Assembly: GCA_951406725.2 (NCBI GenBank)
Contig: OX597828.1
Coordinates: 15,004,001-15,068,000, forward strand
DNA length: 64,000 bases
Direction: 5' to 3'
Origin: Octopus vulgaris
Lineage: Eukaryota
This document shows positions 38,570-49,803 of the stretch, piece by piece. The position numbers and the translations under genes are program-made. Positions within the stretch are counted from its first letter, which is position 1, and the number at the start of each line of letters is the position of its first letter. The notes beneath the pieces are model-generated. The model was not told the DNA's origin, did not search any database, and saw nothing but the letters and a program-made list of their open reading frames with translations.

Positions 38570-39000
38570 ATGTGGACAACAATACAGACCCTGATATATA
38601 AAATGATGGGCCAGTCACAACTGGAATATCTTTGGTTATAAGAATGGCTGATGCAAGACTAAGCATCAGTTCATAGTAGGCAATATGGACAAATGTCTTC
38701 TACAATGCTATAACAATCATCCTCATAAATGACAAGATCTGAAGAGCCCTATTAGACAATATTATTCCTGACATACAAAATGATGGGGTGGTTATGGTTA
38801 GAATGTCTTTAATCATATGTTTGGTCAATCAGGAGCTAAACAGTTTACAGGAGGTGACAATATGGATAGATGTCTTACCATCTAACAACAATCACTTTCA
38901 TAGATGACAACGTGGAGTAATCTAATTGGCCCTGATATACAAAATGATGGTCACTATTGGTCACTATTGGGGTGTCTTTGAGCACATATCTAAATGGCCT
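38570..39000. repeat. Degenerate tandem triplication (~180-bp period) of a dispersed repeat
   Basis: cctgatatataaaatgatgg / cctgacatacaaaatgatgg / cctgatatacaaaatgatgg at about 38590, 38767 and 38931, with shared caatatgga.a.atgtctt..aacaatca downstream. Confidence 0.65.
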
Positions 39001-39911
39001 TATTTGGTTTAACCATATAACAACAGTTCAGCAATGAACACAAAATAAATTTCCCATTAAAGTATGCTGATTAATAATTCATTAAGAAAGCAGAGAAACT
39101 GACTGAAACAGTAGAGTCCTGTACTAAATGATATGCAGAATGTCCAGTCCTCTGCCTTTATGTTCTGAATTCAAATCTCAATGGTTTTAACATCACATTT
39201 CACCTCTCTTCTCTGCAGAGCCAAGAAATTTACTGGAGTCAGCACTGTCTACTGTCATAGCTCTAAAAATCAACATTATGCTAAGTCGAATGAAATCACA
39301 ATTTTAATAGTTTTACAGTTGCTTCCTGCTATTGACCATAGGTACATGGGTTAAATGGGTACAGGCAATGGCTGTGAGGTTAACAAGTTTACTATAAAAC
39401 TATATGATTCCAGGTTCAATCCCATTATGCAGTTACATCAACAAGTGTCTTTTACTATAGCCTTAAGTTGACCAAAGCCTTGAGTTAAATTTGACAGATG
39501 AATACAGTACAGATGTCTGTCAAAAGGATTGTTTTGAGGTTGGTAGATTTAATCCATAATCCAGTTTAAAACTATCACATAGATTTAGGGTGACTTTAGT
39601 GGAATCCACTCATTTTCCTCAAGGATTTGGGCCAGATCTCCAGTCTCACAGTAATTTTCAGAGGATAATCCTTTACATGGTTTCCAAAATTCACTGTTTT
39701 TCTTCTAAATCATAAAAATCCTATAAAGCTGATAGCCCACAGGTCAACGTTGATCAAGCAGACATATAACTGAAAACTATCTTACCATGATCAGCCTACT
39801 ATATTTCTATGTTCAAAAGTTTCAGGTTCACATCATCCATTGTGTCCCTTTCTAAGACAGAAGAGTTTGGGATAAAAGAGTATGGTTGTTTTTGGTTTTT
39901 TTATACAAGGC

Positions 39912-40139
39912 TTAACCTTATAGTGTTCGCATTATTCTACCAAAATTAATGCTTTTTTATCCAAATTGTTTTGAACTAATCATGCATTATCTTGTAGCTA
40001 TGAGATTTTGATGAGGTAGCAGTTAATTTTTAAAATGATATTGTAGGGTTGGTGTGAGAGACCAGATCTGGCCAGTTTGACCATAAAACAGGCAGAATAC
40101 TTTGGCCAGATATGGCCGGTTTAAATGCTAAAGGGTTAA
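39912..40139. mobile_element. piggyBac-type MITE
   Basis: TTAA-ccttatagtgtt...aatgctaaaggg-TTAA. Confidence 0.72.
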
Positions 40140-40403
40140 TAACTCTTTACTACTGTGATCCCAACTTTTAAATATAATTTAATCATATGTAAGGGTTTAA
40201 TATCTTTAACATAGTGAATTGCAAAACTTCAATCAAATGAGATTATCCAAGCAATTAGTAGAAAAAAACACTTCCTCCTAGCACTGTTTAGAATCTAAAA
40301 ACAAGAATAGAAATGACATCAACAGATACAATGGACATGCTTCAATCTTATTAGGACCTCTTCAGCAAAGCATACTCTACTCAGCTTGCAAGAATAAATA
40401 ATC

Positions 40404-40414
40404 TCTCTCTCTCT

Positions 40415-40478
<64 letters not shown>
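40404..40478. repeat. Compound microsatellite (CT)n(TA)n(GA)n
   Basis: Seen directly in the sequence. Confidence 0.95.
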
Positions 40479-40480
<2 letters not shown>

Positions 40481-41616
40481 TATTTCATTGTTGATAGGAT
40501 CAACACAAAAAGTACTCCATCCAGTGAGGGATAAATATCATTTAATAAACACAGAATTTATAAGAGCTTACTTTAGGTTTCATGCTCTTTTTGAGCATGA
40601 ACAATTGCATAATGGAGTGTAGCATGCTATACAAACACAGCTGATTATTGTACAATCTGAGCAAGAAACTTATAGTTGCTCTCATATAAATCCTGTGTCG
40701 ATTAAATGAAATATATATCATCATCAACATGCATTTTTCCATGCTTGCTTGTGTCAGACAAAACTTGTTAAAAGTTTTTCTATAGCCAGAAGCTTTCTTA
40801 TTGTCAACCTTCATTTGTTTCCAAGCCAGATAATATTTTCCCAAATTCTTCAACCAACAAACAACTCAATGGCCAAACAGGTTTCCATAGGAGACAACAT
40901 CCTTTGTATGAATGGTTGCTTTGTTTTCAATCAGTGTACAAATATCAAGACAAGAATCCACAAACACTTTCTCATGTCTGCATGCACATATATTCACAGA
41001 TTCATGATGGATTTCTTATAGTTTCTGTCAACAATTTCCCTTGCATTGGTCAACCTGCACCTATAGCAGAAGACACCAGCTGACAGTACCCAGACAGTGG
41101 GAGAGAAACCCTAAACCATATGTTCCAAAGCAAACTTCTTATCCAAACAACCATGCCTGAACATATATCATCATTCTTTGTTAACTTTCTATGCTGCTAT
41201 GGCTTGGACAGGTCATCACAGTCCAAATCATTTCTTATTAGGAGTCACTGCTCTCAGACTAGTGCTTATAAATAACAATTTGGTTTAGTTTCTAAGGCTG
41301 GATACCCTTCCTGTTGCCAACCACTTTACAGAGTGAACTGGATGCATTTGCTTGTGGCAGACACCAAGACTACAGAGGTTGAATAGCTCTTGGGAAGACA
41401 GAACTAAAGGGACTGCAGAGCTCTACACTTTCATGGGCATTCGTCAACCACTTTACAGTATGTACTCAGAGCATTTTCATGTACTAGCACTAAAGATATT
41501 GCCTTACACACCAACAAATGTAGAGGGAATACAGTGAAGAGAGTAGTGTCTGTTGTGGCACAAACACAAACGTTGGGGAACCTGTGTAAAGTGTTCAGCA
41601 AACTAAAACATGCAGA

Positions 41617-41838
41617 TCAAGGCGTGGAACAGGAGGGAGCATAATGACAGCAGAAAAGCAAGAAAGGGGTGAGTGAAGGAGACAAGAATTTAATTGTAGG
41701 AAGTACTTGGTATCCTAGGATATGTACATTTGCATAAAATATTCTCTTTGTCAACAGAAATGAGTAAACAATCTCTGATAAGAGTTTAATGGAATTTGAA
41801 ATTAGATTAATCATATTTTCAGCCACAGAGAGGAAACC
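41617..41838 (-). other. Candidate minus-strand exon with a 73-codon hydrophobic open frame
   Basis: Acceptor ttaacttctctcag|GGT TTC. Reads GFLSVAENMINLISNSIKLLSEIVYSFLL...* in apparently non-repeat DNA. Confidence 0.22.
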
Positions 41839-42872
41839 CTGAGAGAAGTTAAATAACATATTTACTGAAAACACATGTTAGTAATGTTTAACTTGCATTT
41901 TAAATTATCCTAAACAATAAATAAATAAATAATATAAAAAATAAAACAAATGAAAATATTTTTAAAATCCACTCTATACTGTTTCTGTTAATATAAGTAA
42001 TCCTGGACTTAGAAAGTTTCATATGTGTTGACACAATCTTCAGTAGGAGAGAAAACTGAAAGGAATGAAGGGATGCAGATCATCATCATCATCATCATTT
42101 AATGTCCATGTTCCATACTGGCTTGAATGGATATCTGAATATTCAATGTACTTCCATCACATGGTAAACTCTGCTTATCACATTGATAGTATAAATTCAA
42201 ACAAACAATACAAAAAAAAAACTTTTACCTTTCACAACTTATAAAAGGTGTAATGTATTAAAATATATCAAGTGGTCTGACTGTCCCCTTAGTTATACAC
42301 CATGCCATACATTCCCCTCCCCTCTTGACATGGGGACATGTTAAGTGTAGGGATATTTCTAGGCTTTTTTTATTGCCTTTATTTCTTTACATGCCAAAAG
42401 GAACCCCACACATCATTCACCCACCTTGTCTTTCTGTTGAAACACATGTGATTCAGAGTCCTCCTTCTTTAAATGTCTTCCTTTTTTGTTTCTGGTAGCA
42501 CAAGCAGGTCAGATTCCACTAAGCAGTGTCTATGTTTCTTATTTCTTTACTGCCCACAAGGGGCTACACACAGAGGGGACAAACAAGGACAGACAAATGG
42601 AATAAGTTGATTATATCGACTCCAGTTAATCCACCCCAAAAGGATGAAAGACAAAGTCAATCTTGGTGGAATTTGAACTCAGAACGTAGTGGCAGACAAA
42701 ATACCGCTAAGCATTTCGCCCGGTGTACTAACGATTCTGCCAGCTCGCCACCTATGTTCTGTCAGACCTCTGTCTCTATGTCGGTTGAAATAGTAGTGAT
42801 AAATGTTTTTGTTAATCGAAGGATAAACATAGACAAGTGATGACAGCAAGCTGTTTACCCTTTACATGGTAC

Positions 42873-43570
42873 TAGTTAGTTAGTTAGTTAATTTGGCTCA
42901 AAAGCAAATAGCAAGGCCATGTAGGGGGACATGGAGTTAAGTACAGGGTGGTGTTCATGTAAAGAGTTCAGGCCACTTGAGGTCCAGGGAGGCTTTGAAC
43001 AAAGCGGTCGTCGGCATCTTCACCATCTCATCTGGCAGCTTGTTCCACGGATCCACAACCCGGACGGAGAAAGCTCCTCTCCTTCGATTGAGATGAAATC
43101 GTCGCAGGTAGAGCTTTTCGGAATGACCCCGCAGCCGACGCTCCGGAGCAGGAGTGAAGAACAGCTCTTTCGAGAGGTTACACTTCCGCTTATGATGTTG
43201 TGGGCGAGAATGAGATCACCACGGCGGCGGCGTTTTTCAAGAGAATAAAGGTCGAGCGTCCTCAGCCTTTCTTCGTAGGACAAATTTTTGAGACCATGAA
43301 CCAGGCGGGTAGCCAGCCTCTGGACTCTTTCGAGGTGCTGTATGTCTTTGAGGAGATAAGGAGAAGAGGCTTGAATCCCATACTCCAATATGGGTCTCAC
43401 CAGCGTGACATAGAGTGGCAGGAATATGGCTGCTGTGAGCACTCCGAATGACCGTCGAATCAAAAACAGAATTCCGCGCGCTTTGTTGGCAGCATGGACG
43501 CACTGGGCCGAAGGCGAAAAGGAGGAATCCACCAAGATACCCAGGTCCTTTACCTGATCGGTCCTCTCCA
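42873..43570 (-). mobile_element. CR1-type LINE, 5'-truncated, relatively young
   Basis: ORF 43020-43535 contains LYVTLVRPILEY...HLERVQRLATRLV.GL..LSYEERL..L.LYSLE.RR.RGDLI; 3' tail (TAAC)n; GC-rich. Confidence 0.92.
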
Positions 43571-43919
43571 GCAGCAGACGACCCGGCTCAGAAATGTTGT
43601 TGCTGCTCTTGGAATGATGGTGGAAATGGTGTTGTCATTGCTACTGTATTTACTTTAAGGAAAGATTTCGAGTGACAACTGCCACCATCCACCATTCTTT
43701 TGTTGGCTGCCTGGTGAAATCACTAACATATATTATGCTTTTAAAAACAACTTTAGCCAAGTGGGGTGACAAAAAAACAAACCAGCCACTTGGATCATGG
43801 TTCACTTCACAATAAAAGGAACAACAAAAATTTTTAAGACAAAATAGCAAACTATATAAAATGTAAGGAGCAATGGAAAATGTGTGACATGCAACTGGAA
43901 GCCAACAAGAACAATAATA

Positions 43920-46600
43920 ATAATCTTTTCTACTGGAAGCACAAGGTCTCAAACTTTGGGCAAGGGATTAAGTCAATTACATCGACTCTAGTACATAACT
44001 GAAAGGATGAAAAGCAGAGTCAACCTCAGTGGAATTTGAACTCAGAACATAGTCACAAAATACTGCTAAGCATTTCGCCCGGCATGCTAATGATTCTGCC
44101 AGCTCACCACCTTCAAGAACAATAATAATAGTGGTTTCAAATTTTGGCACAAGCCCAGCAAATCTGGGGGAGGTGGAGAGGTCAATTACATCATCCCCAG
44201 TGCTGAACAGGCATTTATTTTATTGACCCCACAAAAATGAAAGGTGAAGTTGACCCCACTAAGCATTTTGCCTGGCATGCTAACAATTCTGCCAGCTTGC
44301 CACCTTAATAATCCTTTCTACTAAAGGCACGGGGCCTGAAATTTTGGGGGAGAGGGTCGAGTTGATCACATCGACCCCAGTGTTTCACTGATGCTCAATT
44401 TATCAACCCCAAAAGGATAAAAGGCAAAGTCGACCTTGGCAGAATTTGAACTCAGAATGTGAAGATAGATGACATGCCACTAAGCATTTTGCCCAATGAG
44501 CTAACAATTCTGCCAGCTCACCACCTGAATAATGATAATAATAATAGATTTTGATTTTGTTATTAATCTTTTCTTTAACTTTTGTTTTATTTTCTATAAA
44601 ATTACGCTTTTTTTTTCACTCTTTTACTTGTTTCAGTCAGTTGACTGGGCCATGCTGGAGCACCACCTTTAGTTGAGCAAATCGAGCCCAGGACTTATTC
44701 TTTGGATGCCTAGTACTTATTCTATCGGTCTCTTTTGCCGAACCGCTAAGTTATGGGGACATAAACACACCAGCATTGGTTGTCAAGCAATGTTGGGGGG
44801 ACAAACACAGACACACAAACATACACATATATATACATATATACGACAGGCTTCTTTCAGTTTCTGTCTACCAAATCCACTCACAAGACTTTGGTCGGCC
44901 CGAGGCTATAGTAGAAGATACTGGCCCAAGGTGCTATGCAGTGGGACTGAACCCAGAACCATATGGTTTGTAAGCAAGCTACTTACCACACAGCCACTCC
45001 TTCACCTATAATAATAATGGCTTCTAATTTTGTCACAAGGTGAGCAATTTTGAGGAGAGAGTTAGTTGGTACCATCAACCCTAGTACTTGACAGTTACTT
45101 TATTTTATTAACTCTGGAGGGATGAAAGGTAAAGCTGACTTCAGTTATTTGAACTTGGGACATGAAGATGCTAGAACAAATGCCACGAAATATTTTTCTC
45201 AACACTAACAATTCTGCCAATCCTAAAAAAAAATGCCAGCTGTTCTTAATAATAATAATGATGATAATAATAATTCTTTCAAATTTTGGCACATGGCCAG
45301 TAATTTTGAGGGAAGGGGGATAGTTGATTACACCAACCCCAGTGTTCAATTGGTACTTATTTTATCAACCTTGAGATGATGAAAGGCAAAGTCTGCTTCA
45401 ACAACATTTGAACTCAGAATGTGAAGCTGAAAGAAATGCTACTAATTATTTTGTCTAGCATGCAAACAATTCACCCAGCTTGCTGCCATAATAATAATAA
45501 TAATAATCCTTCCTAATATAGGCACAAGGCCTGAAATTTGGGGCGAGGAGACTTAGTCAATTACATCTTACCCAGTACTCAACTGGTACTTATTTTATAA
45601 ACCCCAAAAGGATGGAAGACAAAGTTGACCCTGGCAGCATTTGAACTCAGAATGTAACAACAGACAAAACATTGCTAAGCATCTTGCCCGGCGTGCTAAT
45701 GATTTTGCCAGCTCTCCGCCTTAATAATAATAATAATAATAGGTGCTTGGTGCCAAAATACACAGGAAAAGGTAATGGACAAAAAGAGGAAGGCAAAAAT
45801 CCTCTAGGACTTTGACTTCCAGACGGACATGGTGTTAGAGCACTGAATGCCAGATATAGGAGGGACAAACAAGAGTGCCTAATAATTGACATGGCAGTGC
45901 CAGGAGATCAACATTTTCATCATGAAAGAAAGAGAAAGGGTTGATAAATATGGAGACCTGAGAATTGAGATTCTTTTCTACTCTAGGCACAAGGCCCAAA
46001 ATTTTGGGGGAGGGGATCAGTCAATTAGATCGACCTCAGTATGCAACTGGTACTTAATTTATCGACCCCCAAAAGGATGAAAGACAGGCAGCTACAAGAG
46101 TCAAACATAAAGGTTATCCCTATTGTTATTAGAGCATTGGGTTCAATACCACCCAATCTAAAAAAGCATCTGAAAATCTTAGAAATACCCTACAGTCAAG
46201 ATATATTGCAAAAGTTAGCATCACTTGGAACTGCATGCATATTACATAAGGTACTGTCTGTCTGAGGTCCTTGTTATGACTTGACAACCAGTACAAACCT
46301 CTAGTAGACACAATATCTTCAATCAACAACCTCACAATATTGTATGCTGTGCGACATTTATAATGGAAATAATAATAGTAATAATTCTTTCTACTAAAGA
46401 CACAAAGCCTGAATTTTGCGGGGAGGGGATGAGTCGATTACATTGACCCCAGTGTTTCACTGGTACTTATTTTATTGACTTCAAAACGACGAAAGGCAAA
46501 GTCAACCTCGGTGGAATTTGAACTCAGAACATAAAAACAGACAGAATGCTGCTAAGCATTTAGCCTGGTATCATAACAATTAGGTCAATTTACTGCCTTG
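43920..46600 (-). mobile_element. Head-to-tail cluster of SINE family B copies separated by (TAA)n, with nested SINE A (44618-45002) and a LINE
   Basis: About 8 copies or fragments ending gccagctcacc(g/a)cctt followed by aataataat. Confidence 0.85.
45740..46380 (+). mobile_element. R4/Dong-like non-LTR retrotransposon 3' fragment (restriction-like endonuclease region)
   Basis: CLIIDMAVP...KVDKYGDLRIE and IKVIPIVIRALGSIP..LKKHL..L...LQKLASLGTACILHKVLSV*; flanked by (TAA)n; interrupted by a SINE at about 45970-46085. Confidence 0.75.
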
Positions 46601-46639
46601 AAGAGAAGTCAATATTAATCATAGAATCTTCTATAGTGA

Positions 46640-48320
46640 CACATTATCTTCTTTGTTATTCTGTTTATCCCTGTTTCTCCGAAGAAAAATCTTGAATGAA
46701 ACAAATTACAGATACAAGGTGCATGAAAAAAAAAACATCAAATATTTTCCTATAAGGAAGACATAAAATTTTTTATGAAAAATGATCAACTTCAGATGCT
46801 CCTTCACATAGTCAAGCAATTTAGTGATGACATCAAAGCTACATTTGTCTCAGGAAATCTTTGAAACATGCATTATCACTCTAGATAGATACCAAGAAAA
46901 AAGAATTGGAACCTGCAAACAGTTATAAGTATATAAGTATTTGTGAAGGAGATGGAATTAAGTACTCGCTAATGAGAGTAAGAATAAGATATACAATAGT
47001 AGAGTAAGAGCTATTCTGCAAAGCAAGAAGAATGGTAGAAACAAAATCAAGGTTATAAACACATTAGCCATGCCTATAATCACATACAGTTTCAAAACAG
47101 ATCTAGTTAGAGTATACCTTCCAAAAAAAAGATGGTGGTCAAGCATTAATACAACTCTCATTGAAAATTGTAACTATGGAACTTCGTGTCTGCAATGAGC
47201 AAATGACTAGATATTAAGGCTGTTTCTGAAACATGAAGATACCAAACAATTGCAGACACTGACAAAAAAGTTGCAATAATATATCTTTGTGAAATGCAGC
47301 TAGGTGAACCAGTACTCAAAAAAAATGTGTCCTCAACTGACAAGGCAAATCAAATAAAAAAAAAATATAGCCAAATAAACCAGCCTCCAATACAGTAAGG
47401 GAAAATGGATACAAATAATCTGAACCAGGGACCATGATGCAGATCAAACTCTTACTTGGATGCTCTGCTCTCAAGCTAGAAACTGCTACTCAGGATCAGT
47501 TCCTTCCAACCTGGAATTACCAGCGTAATGTTCTGAAATATGAAAGCAGCCCATTGTGCTGTGTTTGTGGAGAATATCCAGAGACAATCAGCCACATAGT
47601 TTTTAGATGCAGCCAAGCAGCACCTATAGAGTACTTGCAATGGCATGACATGGCATCTCAGTACATACATGTTTCAATCTGCTGCACACACAACTTCCTT
47701 CATAAAGAGAACTGATAGGAACATAAACCACCACAAGTTGTCCAGAATGTTGAAGGTGCCATCATTTGGAGTTTCAATCTTTTAAAGACTGATCAAGAAA
47801 TTCAAGATAACTGACCAGATATCATTGTGAAAAACTTTGAAAAGACATGTTTTGATGGATGTTGCTGCTCCAACTGACAGAAACATCTCCGAAAATGTTT
47901 GAGAGACTGAGCAAATATAAGGACTTGGAGACAGAAATCAGAAGTATGTGGTATCTCAAAGCAACATTATCTATTGTCACTGAGATGCTTTGAATGATAT
48001 GAAAAGGAGCAAACAAATACACACAACCAAATTCCTGGCAGCCCCAAAATAAGTGAATTGTAAAAGATCAGGCTTATGGGTACCTCACATATTTTACATA
48101 AATTTCTCTCCGCATAAATACAATCTTATTCATTCAGTCTTATTTTGAATTTTATAAAGAGAGTTTTTTTTATATATAAGATACATCAGTTTTTTCCAAC
48201 CGCATGACACCTCACCTATTTGCATCATTTGATGCAAAAGTCTGTTGTCCATTGCAACCTCTAGTTGAGACTTGGATACAGCTTGTGTAAATTAATGCAA
48301 AATCAAATAATAACAATAAT
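46640..48320 (+). mobile_element. Older decayed R4/Dong-like LINE fragment
   Basis: NKIKVINTLAMPIITYSF, zinc knuckle CCVCGEYPETISHIVFRC, PDII-like endonuclease motif; ends in taataacaataat. Confidence 0.72.
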
Positions 48321-48827
48321 AAAGTTTTCAAATTTTGGCACAAGACCAGCAATTTTTTTTTAGTGGGGGGAGTAAGTCAATTACATCAACCCTTAGAGTT
48401 CAACTGGTACTTCTGCCAGTTCACCGCCTTAATAATGATGATGATGATGAGGAGGAGGATGATAATTTCTTTTATTGGCAACAAGGGCCCATATTCAGAA
48501 GTGGAGAATAAGTTTCAAATTTTGGCACAAGGCTACCAGGTTCAGAGAAGGGATTAAGCTGATACATTGACCCCAGGGCTCAACTGGTACTTATTTTATC
48601 AGCCCAAAAGGGATGAAAAACAAAGTCGACCATGATGGAATTTGAACTCAGAATCAGACGGACAAAATGCCGCTAAGCATTTTGCTCAACATGTTAATGG
48701 TTCTGCTAGCTTTCTACCCTAATAATAATACATTGTAATAACATAAGTAAAATTGTTTTTCAAAAGAACAATTTACAAATCATCTATATTATAATTCTTT
48801 TTCATTCACACATTACACTTTAGTTAG

Positions 48828-49232
48828 CGAGAGAGAAGGGAAAATGGAGAGAGAGAGGGAGGTGGAATGAGAGAGAGAGGGAAAGAGAAATAGAGAAGAA
48901 AGAAGTAGAGAAAAATGTGCACATAAGTATGCATGTATATATCAATATGCTAAGGAAAAATACGTGATGCTGCGGTTAGTTGAAAGGAGAGAGAGAGGAG
49001 ATAGAGAGAGAGAGAGAAAGAGAGAGAGAGAGGAAATAGAAAGGAGAGAAAGAGTGAAAGGTGGTCAGCAGTGAGAGCTAGGAGGAAAGGATTACTATTA
49101 TGGAATATGGTTAAATAGTTGAAGGAAGAGGTAGAGAGAAAGAAAGAAGGGTAAGAGAATATTTAATGCAGGAGAGATGTAGCATAGTTGAAAGAAGTAA
49201 AAGGAGAAAATGAGGAGAGAGAGAGAGAGAAA
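48828..49232. repeat. GA-rich polypurine low-complexity tract
   Basis: Seen directly in the sequence. Confidence 0.85.
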
Positions 49233-49803
49233 GTGTTTACTGAAGGGAACAGCAAAAAATGTTAGTTTTTATGCTTTGTTTTTAATTTTCATATCACCCA
49301 TTAGTTAATAGATGTGCTCAGTCAAAGCTTATAAAATACGGCCAACAACACATGGCATAAAACTAACAAGACACAGAATGATAAAGTTTTTTTTCCAAAT
49401 AACTGTATTAACATTTGTTAAAACTGTACCAATGTAGTAAAGCAGAATAATATGATAGATAATGTTTTTGATTTTGCTCTATAATTAATACTGTTTACTT
49501 TTTAACATAAAGTAAAAAATAACAGACAACTCACAAATTAGAAGACATAAGGATATAAAATCTTTCAGATGTTTCTTGAGATTGCACCTTTAATATTACT
49601 TATATGGTCTTTTACGTCATCTCAAGGTTCCAATGGTTCAGAAAATTATACGATTCCATCTTACCATTTTCAAAATAACCATGGAATTTCCACAAGGTGC
49701 TACTCGTATAATAATTATTTGAAATAAATATTCTTGTTGTTGGTTAAAGAAATTTAGACAAAACGAAAACAAAAAGAAAAACAAAAGCTTCTGTCACATT
49801 AAA

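Noticed and set aside
43920-46600. Regularly recurring motif that superficially resembles a CRISPR or repeat-spacer array
   Set aside because: Units are ~200-bp diverged SINE copies also dispersed elsewhere in the window; there are no unique spacers or cas genes, and the context is eukaryotic.
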